A stretch of 64,000 nucleotides of DNA from Candidatus Latescibacterota bacterium (GTDB lineage: Bacteria > Latescibacterota > UBA2968), in NCBI GenBank assembly GCA_965198115.1, contig OZ240241.1, forward strand, positions 2,848,001 through 2,912,000, written 5' to 3'. Below are positions 50,596 to 59,465 of the stretch, piece after piece (the first letter of the stretch is position 1; each line of letters starts with the position of its first letter). Both the position numbers and the translations under genes were made by a program. A model generated the notes under the pieces. That model saw nothing but the letters and a program-made list of their open reading frames with translations, searched no databases and was not told where the DNA came from.

Positions 50596-53103
50596 CTATA
50601 TCGAACGCCCGAACGATTGAAGTGCTTCCTGGTCGTATTCAAGAGTAAGCTCGTTCAGTTCTTTTGCCGCCGCTTCGTCCGAATCAGCGACCTCGTATCT
50701 CATCGAGGCGTAGCCTTTCATTCGCTTTTGGAACATTCTCCCCAGCATCGGAACCTTGAGATCCACGTAGTCATAAATGCGATCATCCGCCTTCCCTCGA
50801 TAGGCGCGATGGAGCCTCCCGGCGTATTGGACGAGCGTACCTCTCCAGGCAATCGGCATCGCGAGGAAGAGCGTGTCCAGGCGGGGATCATCGAAGCCCT
50901 CACCGGTGAAACGTCCAGTCGAAATCACGAGCCGCTCTTCGTCGTCGGACAAATCGGCGAGTCGATCAAGAGCTTCGCGCCTCTTTTGGGTACCCATCCC
51001 GCCTTGTAGTACGACCAGGTTCGGGGTCATCCCCTCGAGTCGATCCGCGAGGAATTGCAGATGATCTCTTCTCTCAGTCAGAACCAGAGGAGATCGACCT
51101 TCCTCCAAAGCTCGGATGACGTCGTCCAGGATCATCTCATTCCGTTTCGGGTCCAGGGCAAGGCGCTGATAGATGTGTTGTATTCCCGTGCGAGTCCCAT
51201 CTACATCAATTGAGAAGGACGTCTCACGGACAAAGAGCCGATGTCGAAAAAAACCCCGTACAGCTTGATCCTTGCGATCGAAGGAATATCGGATCGGTCC
51301 AAGATAGTAGTGGAGAATCGGGTGGTGGCCGTCGCGCCGGATTGGAGTCGCCGTTAAACCCGTTAAATGCTTTGCCCTGACCTCTTTCAGAACTTTTTCA
51401 AAAGAGACAGCTGGAATATGATGACACTCGTCAACGATCACGTTGCCATACCTTCCAGCAAACTCAGACAGATCCTTCCTGCGCGCCAGACTTTGGATCA
51501 TCGCCACATCCACCAGCCCTGTCTGTTTTCGCCTCCCACCGCCAATCTGACCAATTTCCTTCACATCAAGGCCCAGAAAAACCGCAAGCTGTTCGCGCCA
51601 TTGATCCAGAAGCTGCGTTCGATGTACGAGAACTAACGTGGCTCGTTTCCGTTCCGCGATCAGGTGGATACCGACGACGGTCTTGCCCATCCCGGGCACT
51701 GCAACGAAGACTCCGATGTCAGATCCCAATATCACATCGGCAGCTCTTTTCTGAGCGGCGGTCAACTCTCCTTGAAAGGCAACATCGATCCGCTCACCTG
51801 CTGTCTGTCGATCTTCGATCCTAAGCGTAATGTCGTGAGTCGCAAGCAGCTCCTCAAGATCGAATAAACAGCCTCGGGGCAGCGCCACGGCTTCGGACAG
51901 ATCTTCAGCACAGGTGATGACTCGAGGAGTCAACGCGGTAGACAGTCGCAGAGATTGCCTTTTGTAGAACTCTGGGTTCTGGAAAGCCGCCAACCGTTTG
52001 ATCTGATTGATCAGGGAAGAGGGCAAACCCGACTTTTCTACAAGAACACCCCGATCCAGATCGGCCCGAACACTCTTGGGCAAAGGATCCTCAATCGAGA
52101 CGATCTGTGGCCCTTCTTGAGATCGCGCGGTCTTATCCCCGGGTTCATCGGACAAAGACGGGATCTGTACGCCGATAATTCGGCCTTCTTGGGATGCCAT
52201 CTCGGCCAACGCCTCAACCCGTGAACGTGGCAAACGGTCCAAGGAGGCGAGATAGCCCCATTGATCCTCGTAGGGCGCCCATCTGTTGTCGACAAACACT
52301 GTGTTCCCAGCGCGCCTCGCCTCATACTGAAGCGGCAGGGCGATCAGGTTCCCGAATCCGCCTCGCGGCATCGTATCCTGGCTGGGAAACAGACGGTCGT
52401 AGGAAGCCATCGATATCTGGTGTCTTTGCGTCATCGTCTGCGTGATCAAATAGCAGCCCATTTTTCTCGCTGACGCTGCGGATACACACTCCTCAAAGAA
52501 GAACCAGACGTGTGCCCCCTTCCCCGATCGAGATCGTTCAACCGCGGGAGTCATCCCAAGCTTGATAGAAGTCTCCAGAAAGGAGGAAACATCGTCTGCC
52601 CAGGCCTTGCCATCGAAATCAATCGCCAAAATAGCGCAGGTGTCGTCTTCCAGCAGCGGATAGACTCCAACGACGTGACGCCCCTGCAGATGGTCCTTGA
52701 TAACTTGGTCGGTCACGGGAAGGAATGCTTGATTCGGACACTCTCCGCACCTTACCCGAGGTTTATCGCAGACACCGTGCACCCATTCGTTACCGCACGC
52801 TGGGGCGTACCCAATCGATTGTTTCCGCTGGTTTCGCCAGAATTTGGGGAAGACATCCATCCGACCTCGAAAGAGCGAGCGAAAGAGGGTAATCTTCTCT
52901 TGGTTTGATCGGGGCGATGCTACTTTGTGGGGGAGGGCTTCGACAGTTGGGCCAGACAGGGAAAGCGAGGTCAACTTATCCTGTAGTTCTGCCAGACGTC
53001 CGACGAGTAAGCGTTTCTCGGCATCGATGTCCGCGAGACGGGCTTTTTCGTCACGGATCTTCTGGATCAGAGTGGCCTTGTCAAGGGAAGTCAACGGACA
53101 CAC
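50596..53103 (-). CDS. AEP primase-like (TOTE-type) domain fused to SF2 DEAD/DEAH helicase
   Basis: FRSLFRGRMDVF, AIDFD, ERSRSGKGAHVW, GNLIALPL; Walker A GMGKT, DECHH, TAT, GEGFD, QYAGRLHR. Confidence 0.85.
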   Translation of the reverse strand: MCPLTSLDKATLIQKIRDEKARLADIDAEKRLLVGRLAELQDKLTSLSLSGPTVEALPHKVASPRSNQEKITLFRSLFRGRMDVFPKFWRNQRKQSIGYAPACGNEWVHGVCDKPRVRCGECPNQAFLPVTDQVIKDHLQGRHVVGVYPLLEDDTCAILAIDFDGKAWADDVSSFLETSIKLGMTPAVERSRSGKGAHVWFFFEECVSAASARKMGCYLITQTMTQRHQISMASYDRLFPSQDTMPRGGFGNLIALPLQYEARRAGNTVFVDNRWAPYEDQWGYLASLDRLPRSRVEALAEMASQEGRIIGVQIPSLSDEPGDKTARSQEGPQIVSIEDPLPKSVRADLDRGVLVEKSGLPSSLINQIKRLAAFQNPEFYKRQSLRLSTALTPRVITCAEDLSEAVALPRGCLFDLEELLATHDITLRIEDRQTAGERIDVAFQGELTAAQKRAADVILGSDIGVFVAVPGMGKTVVGIHLIAERKRATLVLVHRTQLLDQWREQLAVFLGLDVKEIGQIGGGRRKQTGLVDVAMIQSLARRKDLSEFAGRYGNVIVDECHHIPAVSFEKVLKEVRAKHLTGLTATPIRRDGHHPILHYYLGPIRYSFDRKDQAVRGFFRHRLFVRETSFSIDVDGTRTGIQHIYQRLALDPKRNEMILDDVIRALEEGRSPLVLTERRDHLQFLADRLEGMTPNLVVLQGGMGTQKRREALDRLADLSDDEERLVISTGRFTGEGFDDPRLDTLFLAMPIAWRGTLVQYAGRLHRAYRGKADDRIYDYVDLKVPMLGRMFQKRMKGYASMRYEVADSDEAAAKELNELTLEYDQEALQSFGRSI

Positions 53104-53342
53104 CTATTCGGCAGGTTTCTCGCGGCGCTCCCTGACCTCTCGAAGCACATCCACGATCTCATCTCGAGTCAGATCCAACCTCACGCCCTCGACATCCAGC
53201 GGCGAGCTCGAGGGATTCGCCGTTCGCAGGATTGAACTCCTGCCCGTCACGTCTTCTGATCCGGACCTCTCCTTCCCGACGAGCCCGATCGAGCAGGGAT
53301 GCCAGGGTTTTGCCTTGCTTCTGAGTATGTGACAACAGTCAT
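53104..53342 (-). pseudogene. Phd/YefM-type antitoxin with two 1-nt insertions
   Basis: MTVVTYSEARQN|LASLLDRARREGEVRIRRRDGQEF|ILR...SPLDVEGVRLDLTRDEIV. Confidence 0.7.
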
Positions 53343-53546
53343 CGGTCAGCCTTCAAATGTGCCAGGCAATGAGCTCGCATCTGTGGCCAGTGCGTGTCCT
53401 GCCGTCGTCTAGAGGCAAAAATCCAGCGCCAGGACGGCCTGAGAAGGGTCTTTGACCGTTTCACCCGGTAAGCGACAGGTTTCAGTCGATGATCTCCTAG
53501 CGAGTTTGGACTTCAGGTCCGTTCATTGGTTGAGTTGCCTTCGATG

Positions 53547-54095
53547 TCAATCAGGGGGAGACCACCGCAAGACTCCCATCTTCCCAGGGTGTGCAGCTTG
53601 CGCCTTAGTATGCCACTCAAAACCGACTTCGACCGGCACCTTCAATTCGCGAGCAATCCAGAGGGTCGTCTCCCACGCCCTATGAGAATCGAGGCCCTGT
53701 ATGGACAGATCCAACTTCGGAATGTATTTGAATCCTCGAGAACTTTCGTTGCCCTCCAAAAGGTTGGCCCTTGACACCTGCTGCATCTTCTCGACTCCCA
53801 GGACCTCCGCCGCCTTGATGTGGGCAAATTTCACGAGTTCATTCCACTTGGGAGGCACCGCATCATTCCCGAACTTTGCCCGCAAGACCCTTGTATGGCG
53901 AAGATTCTCTGGGTGGTCCGGGTCCAACTCAATCCCGCTCCGCTGATTCCCAGTCGTCCTGGGCTGACCGTTCGCGTTCTGGTGATAAAAGTCCAACAGG
54001 CGGTCAATAACGGATGCCTCCGTATCAACGAAAGGCTCCGCAATCTTCTTCAATCGACCATACGTTTCATCCGAAATCTGAATCGTCTGTGTCAT
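53547..54095 (-). CDS. Hypothetical protein with N-terminal ribbon-helix-helix-like segment
   Basis: MTQTIQISDETYGRLKKIAEPFVDTEASVIDRLL; AT-rich inverted repeat upstream (ATGTAG...CTACAT, ~54125-54156). Confidence 0.65.
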   Translation of the reverse strand: MTQTIQISDETYGRLKKIAEPFVDTEASVIDRLLDFYHQNANGQPRTTGNQRSGIELDPDHPENLRHTRVLRAKFGNDAVPPKWNELVKFAHIKAAEVLGVEKMQQVSRANLLEGNESSRGFKYIPKLDLSIQGLDSHRAWETTLWIARELKVPVEVGFEWHTKAQAAHPGKMGVLRWSPPD

Positions 54096-54169
54096 CGCCG
54101 GCCCCCAGAATACTGATATTAATAATGTAGATTGATATATAAATATCATACTACATGAGATATGTGTAG

Positions 54170-54508
54170 ATGTCAACCCCTCAGACCCATTCCTATCGCA
54201 AACTCTTGCAAGTCGTCCAAGTTACCCTGACCGAAGGCCGGCTTCGTGCCGAACAGGCCGTCGAACGCGAGCGGTTGACGACGTATCACGAGGTGGGGCA
54301 CCAAATTCATCAACATCTGACAGAATCAGGCGAAGGCGGAACCTACGGCGAGCGGCTCTTTCTAAGCCTGGCTGGTGACCTCGAAATCGCCGAGCAACTC
54401 CTTCGTGATGCGGTAAACGTGTATCGTTGGCATCCTAATTTCCCACGCGCGTGGGAAATTAGGATGGACCCATTACCGAATCCTCCTTCGTCTTCCATCC
54501 AAAGATGA
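54170..54508 (+). pseudogene. DUF1016/YhcG N-terminal-like fragment
   Basis: RAEQAVERERLTTYHEVG...TYGERLFLSLAGDL. Confidence 0.55.
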
Positions 54509-54589
54509 TCGCGATCGACTCGAAAAGGAGGCTGCCGCGGGCGGATGGACAAACGGCCCTTTCCCCTCGCATTATCTTGCTTCTGTCCA

Positions 54590-54793
54590 GTTGAGGCGTA
54601 CCCTAGCCTGGCGTCAGGGACGGGGCGCTGAGGCGTCAGAATAGAGTTCTCATTTGGATTGATGGACACATCCCGTCCAGGGTTATAGAGTTCTTCCTGA
54701 CAGATTGGATTCAGCAGGGACGCCTTGCCCGATCAGCGCATCGGCTATGTCCGGGTGAGCAGCTTCGACCAGAACCCGGAACGCCAAGTTGAG
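54590..54793 (+). mobile_element. Transposon res-site-like region plus 5' fragment of a resolvase
   Basis: QRIGYVRVSSFDQNPERQ (serine resolvase catalytic motif) at 54734-54787; upstream GCGTCAG repeats. Confidence 0.7.
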
Positions 54794-54861
54794 TTGTGTC
54801 CAGGTTCGAGAAGGACGCCCATCCAGGGAGGCTGGAGACGTTGAAGAAGGAGACGATCGCA

Positions 54862-55467
54862 ATGATCGGCAGCCGCGCCTTTACTGCATTGATGGTGGGA
54901 TGGCTATTGACGAACGCCGTTCAGGCAGAGCCGCGGCCCGGCGACATCGCCGGCGTATATCCGTCGGCAGGGCCGGGTGACCGTACGTTGTACGCGATAG
55001 CGCGGGTGAACCCGGGAGCCGGTCCCGCGACGACGAGGTCCGGGGAGTCGATCATTCAGGTCTTCGTCACCGGCAGGGACCGCCGCGTCGAAGGGACTGC
55101 CAGTCACTACTTTGCGGTGCCGCGGGATGTATCCACGGGCGTGCGACTCGACGCGCTCCACTCGGCACCGGGTCCCAATCACTTTATCCAAATTGACGGC
55201 CGGGAGTACGCGCTCCAACGGATTATGGTCGGGGTACGGGAGGGCCACCTGCGTCTTGAAGGGGCGGTTCTGGTACGCACCGGCTTCTTACCAATGATAA
55301 TGCGTGGACGGATCGAGCTTCGGCTGGACTCGGCCCTGAACCCCGGCGGGACCGCAGACGAGATGACGGCCAAGGCGTTGGAAGACACGACACGGGCCGA
55401 CAAAATCAGTCGTGAAGGCTATGAGAAGGCGCTACGAGACTACCAAACAAGAAGAGCGCGAGAGTGA
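54862..55467 (+). CDS. Secreted hypothetical protein
   Basis: RBS AAGGAG; signal-peptide-like MIGSRAFTALMVGWLLTNAVQA. Confidence 0.6.
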   Translation: MIGSRAFTALMVGWLLTNAVQAEPRPGDIAGVYPSAGPGDRTLYAIARVNPGAGPATTRSGESIIQVFVTGRDRRVEGTASHYFAVPRDVSTGVRLDALHSAPGPNHFIQIDGREYALQRIMVGVREGHLRLEGAVLVRTGFLPMIMRGRIELRLDSALNPGGTADEMTAKALEDTTRADKISREGYEKALRDYQTRRARE

Positions 55468-55493
55468 ATGGGCCTTAGCGTACGATTTTTCCC

Positions 55494-55874
55494 GTTTCGT
55501 GAGGTGACCCCACCTCAACCCCCATAACAAAGCGCCCGGACGGTGCCGTGATGCTGCGCATGCCCTTCGAGTTTCCCGACGGAGATCGCTTCCCTATCCA
55601 CGTTTCGGAACTCGGGTCCGGTGGATTGCGCCTTTCCGACCAGGGCCATACGCTCATGCACATCAGTTACGATCACGACATTGATTCGTTCCTGGAAGGC
55701 ACCCGTGGCCAGCTCATCGAGCGCACCATGGCCGAGACCGGCCTTGAATGGGACGGAGACGCATTCTGCGTCGATACTCCAATCGATAGGCTTCCTGATG
55801 CGATCTTTCGTTTAGGTCAAGTGTTGACCAGGGTTTACGACCTGATTGCCCTTCCAAGTGTTGTTTTGTGTTAA
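55494..55874 (+). pseudogene. DUF1828-like fragment
   Basis: PFEFPDGDRFPI...LRLSDQGHTLMH. Confidence 0.55.
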
Positions 55875-56620
55875 GGGTCAGCCGAAGGAGTCCATAGCCC
55901 CCACCTTCCGTGACTCTGGCCACCGAAGTGTTGCTGCAAGTTTCTGAATTTGCCGTAGGGTGGTTATGTCCCTCTGCGTCTTCTCAAAAGCTTCCTTCGC
56001 GTGGTGCTCGACGCTGGCAAGACTCACGCGAAGATTCCTGATGATCGGATCGAGATTGTCCTCGGTGATCTCTGACTCGGAAAGAATAGTTGACGCCGGA
56101 CACGCTCTATCCACGTGCTTCTGCATAGCCTCTCTGTCCTTGATCTTCCCGCCGTCCGAAATCGGTCCCGAGACGTAGATCCCTCTCTCACGTCGATGCG
56201 TGTAGACCCCTTTCTGGGTGCGATGTTCGTAGTGTGAGACGACGTTCGGGGTGGTTTGATTATGGGCTCTGAGCGGGCTTAACTTTGCCCTTCTGTGCGG
56301 GTTTTCGAGGACCTCGACGAGGTTCCGAACCCAGAGGACGTCAAGACCGATCCTTGAGCCCGGTCCAGACTGCGGGATACCTCGCAGATCAAGTTACCGA
56401 CCTCCGCAAGGAGCGAAGCGTCGCGAGAGCCACTACCTCATCAATTGGGCAATGTGACGCATGCTTTTCATCAGTGATGTCGTCAACAACTGCTGATACG
56501 GGGCTTCGGGAGCTTTTTCCGCATAGAGCCTCCACGGGTCATACTGACCTTGATATACCTAAATAGTACCGTAAATTTAAGAAATAAATTCACTCCTATT
56601 GAGTATAGGAATATACCTAC

Positions 56621-57424
56621 ATGAAAGAAAGAACGACGATCGGCGATCGAGTAAGGAAGGCAAGGGAGCGGTCTGGTCTTGCCTCCTCGCAGGCAGCCTT
56701 GGCCAAGAGGCTAAGAGTGACACCGAAGCAAGTCTCTGTATGGGAAAACGCCACCAACCTTGAATGGAGAACCTTGGAGCGGATTGCGAGCGCGCTGGAG
56801 ACTACGCCAGAAGACATCGTCAATGAGGGGATTACGGCACGGTTCAGGACGGAGTTCGAGGAGCTGCTGGAGAGTCGTAAACGATCGGTCACGGCGCGTT
56901 GGCTTGACGGGATTTACCCAGATCCCGAAGGGAGAAAGATAAACCTGACTGAGAACAACCTACTGATAGCTCTGGACGCCGATTTGCTGGATTGGCCCCC
57001 CGAAGAGTCAGGTGGCTATTCTGACCGTATCGCTGGCGTCACCCGCCGATATTGCAGTCAGGTTCAGAAGGCAGCATGGTCCGATGCTCGCAAAGCCGAG
57101 ATGATCGAGACAATCGTCAGCATTGGCACTAAACACTTTGCGGAAGCAAGAGAGAGAGGGATTTCGCTCGATGCCATCACAGCCCACTTGGCGGCAGACA
57201 GGAAGGAAGAGACGAAGCAGCTAAGAGGATTGGTCTCCCGGATGACAGAAGACAAGGAGATGCTGGATGTCGTCGATTGGTTATCGAGTGATAAGCGGTA
57301 CGTGAGGCTTCTGAAGACTTTGGGCAACCTACCAAAGGATCTCAACGATGCGGACCTGGGAGTGATAGCTCAGGGGCTTCGCGGCATTCTTAGGATGATC
57401 AAGCAACTGAAACGGCCCAGCTAA
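56621..57424 (+). CDS. XRE-family HTH transcriptional regulator
   Basis: IGDRVRKARERSGL...QAALAKRLRVTPKQVSVWE. Confidence 0.85.
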   Translation: MKERTTIGDRVRKARERSGLASSQAALAKRLRVTPKQVSVWENATNLEWRTLERIASALETTPEDIVNEGITARFRTEFEELLESRKRSVTARWLDGIYPDPEGRKINLTENNLLIALDADLLDWPPEESGGYSDRIAGVTRRYCSQVQKAAWSDARKAEMIETIVSIGTKHFAEARERGISLDAITAHLAADRKEETKQLRGLVSRMTEDKEMLDVVDWLSSDKRYVRLLKTLGNLPKDLNDADLGVIAQGLRGILRMIKQLKRPS

Positions 57425-57463
57425 CCGGAAAGACATGCAACGCGACATCCACAGACCGAAATC

Positions 57464-57724
57464 GTGATGCCAAATTCAAGACCAAAACTCGATGAGTACA
57501 TGAAGGAGGAAGGAAACGCCCTCCTCGACGGCGAGAGACTCTTGGCTCCCGAGCAGGTGATGGCTCGTCTTGGGATCACAAAGAGGCAGCTCAACGAACT
57601 ACATAGGGGCGAGAATCCGCGGGGTCTGTATCTGCCGGCTTACAGGCTGGGGAAGAAGACAATCCGTTACCGGCTGAAGGATGTGCTGCGGCTGGAATGG
57701 GAGGCGATGAAGGAGTGTAGCTGA
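57464..57724 (+). CDS. Excisionase/AlpA-like HTH protein
   Basis: LLAPEQVMARLGI...LPAYRLGKKTIRYRLKDV; convergent with the integrase. Confidence 0.75.
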   Translation: MMPNSRPKLDEYMKEEGNALLDGERLLAPEQVMARLGITKRQLNELHRGENPRGLYLPAYRLGKKTIRYRLKDVLRLEWEAMKECS

Positions 57725-57799
57725 CCGAATTTAAGTCAGCTTGGATTACTATAGGTCGATGGGACGGCAACACTCAACTGGCTGCCGCAAAAGCCAGCG

Positions 57800-59029
57800 T
57801 CAATACGGAAGCCTATCCATTGGATGCTGCTCGGGTTCGATGTAGTGGAGATACTGCATCGTCGTGTTTAGGCTGGCGTGGCCCATCCGCTTCTGGAGCG
57901 TTGTAGGGTCTACGCCGTTGCGGAGGGCCATCGTCGCGTATGTGTGTCTGAGAGAGTAGACGGTAATTTCTGGATCGATTTTCTCCGCACGGATCATCAG
58001 TGAAAAGGCCTTTTGCGGTGCAGCTTGGGAAAGCGGCCTCTTCCGGTAGCCCTTTCTCCTCGAATCCCCACCAGGCATCACGAACGGCCCGAGCATTCCC
58101 TCATCCTCCTGCCGTTTACATTCCTCTTGAAGATAGTCGACAAAGCTCAGCTTGATATCTAACCGACGGGCTTCGCTATCTTTGGGCACCCAAGTCTCGC
58201 CTGTTTCCTCGCAAGCGGATCTGTGGATGTCGATTATTCCACCCCTCCGATCGATTGCATCCCATCTGAGCCAGCACATTTCTTCATCCCTCAGTCCCGC
58301 GTAGAGCCCAAGTCTGACTACTGTGGGCAGGCTGCCACTTATTCTCGTCCGATAGTTCAAGGAAGCGTCTAGGATGTATTTTGCTTCTTCTTCGGTGAGG
58401 ACCCTACGCTCCTTGGACTTCCTTGGCTGGCGAATCTTAACTTGCCGTGCCGGGTTCTCAGAAAGCATTCCGAGTCTAATGGCCTGGTCGAGCAAGAGTC
58501 TGAGTTTGGTGTGGTAGTGATAAACACTCCAATCCGAGTAGTTCCTCCTGAGCTGGGCTAAATAATTTGACACATCATGCGTGGTGAGCTCCCTGAGATC
58601 TGGATGATGGGTTCCGAGCCACTCCAATACCTGCCCGGCAAGACTTATGTGGTTCTTGTAAGACTTCCTTCCTACTCCACCTTTACCCACATCTGCTGCA
58701 TAGTCCTCATAGGCTCGCAGGATTTCTTGATAGCCCGTCTTCTGGAGGGTGGCTCTTGAGTTTCTCTTTGCAGTTTCCAGATATCCTCTGAAGACGGTGC
58801 CGGCTTCTTCCTTCTTTATCCAGCCCCTCTCAATCCACTCCTGAATGTCAGCTTCTACAGCCAGGCCCGTCCGAGCTGCGGCCTCCAATCTCCCAACTTG
58901 AGTCTTGAGGGCATTGGCTTCTGCCTTGAGCTTTGCATACTTGGCCTTCTTTACTGACTTACCATTGAGCTTCAAATAATAGGACACTCGCCAGTTGTTC
59001 CTGGCGGGGAATTTATGGACGGAAGCCAT
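57800..59029 (-). CDS. Tyrosine recombinase/integrase
   Basis: AGLRDEE, YSLRHTYAT, MGHASLNTTMQY; adjacent to tRNA-Val. Confidence 0.93.
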   Translation of the reverse strand: MASVHKFPARNNWRVSYYLKLNGKSVKKAKYAKLKAEANALKTQVGRLEAAARTGLAVEADIQEWIERGWIKKEEAGTVFRGYLETAKRNSRATLQKTGYQEILRAYEDYAADVGKGGVGRKSYKNHISLAGQVLEWLGTHHPDLRELTTHDVSNYLAQLRRNYSDWSVYHYHTKLRLLLDQAIRLGMLSENPARQVKIRQPRKSKERRVLTEEEAKYILDASLNYRTRISGSLPTVVRLGLYAGLRDEEMCWLRWDAIDRRGGIIDIHRSACEETGETWVPKDSEARRLDIKLSFVDYLQEECKRQEDEGMLGPFVMPGGDSRRKGYRKRPLSQAAPQKAFSLMIRAEKIDPEITVYSLRHTYATMALRNGVDPTTLQKRMGHASLNTTMQYLHYIEPEQHPMDRLPY

Positions 59030-59039
59030 CTTGAAATCC

Positions 59040-59075
59040 CTATGTAACCCTCTATGTAACCCTCTATGTAACCCT
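59040..59075. repeat. 3 x 12-bp tandem repeat, candidate integrase arm-type sites
   Basis: CTATGTAACCCT x3 between the integrase start and the tRNA. Confidence 0.85.
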
Positions 59076-59212
59076 AAACAACACGTATAGATGGGTTTTC
59101 TAAAGTATCAATGGGTGCTAATGTGTATACCTTATTGTAGCCAATTGGTTAGTCGTGAGCAAGAGATCTGTGCTTGGCTTAGGTGGATAAACCTTTATAA
59201 TTGGGCAAAATT

Positions 59213-59247
59213 AACCCCGTAGAGCGTCTCAGCTTCTACGGGGGTTT
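59213..59247 (-). terminator. Hairpin after tRNA-Val
   Basis: CCCCGTAGA...TCTACGGGG. Confidence 0.6.
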
Positions 59248-59324
59248 TGGTGGGCGATACCGGACTCGAACCAGTGACTTCCTGCTTGTAGAGCAGGCGC
59301 CCAAACCAGCTGAGCTAATCACCC
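59248..59324 (-). tRNA. tRNA-Val(TAC) with C33
   Basis: CCTGC-TCTACAA-GCAGG, canonical D and T arms, A73, CCA. Confidence 0.9.
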
Positions 59325-59465
59325 TTTGAGCATTGGGGGGCATACCGATCCCATTCTGGTGGCTGGGTCTGGGCTTGCGTCAGGCTGTGCCCTAGTGTCG
59401 TGGGCAGTTGGGACAGTGTTTCAGACCGACTGGAAGGAATCGCTCAGGAATTTTCGTCCAGACTC

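Noticed and set aside
55878-56560. Cro-like gene divergent from the XRE regulator
   Set aside because: No continuous ORF or HTH motif could be supported.
59040-59075. CRISPR array
   Set aside because: Three 12-bp units without spacers; no repeat-spacer array or cas gene was seen anywhere in the window.
59285-59300. Amber-suppressor (CTA) reading of tRNA-Val
   Set aside because: The 5-bp stem places TAC at positions 34-36, and the body has Val features.
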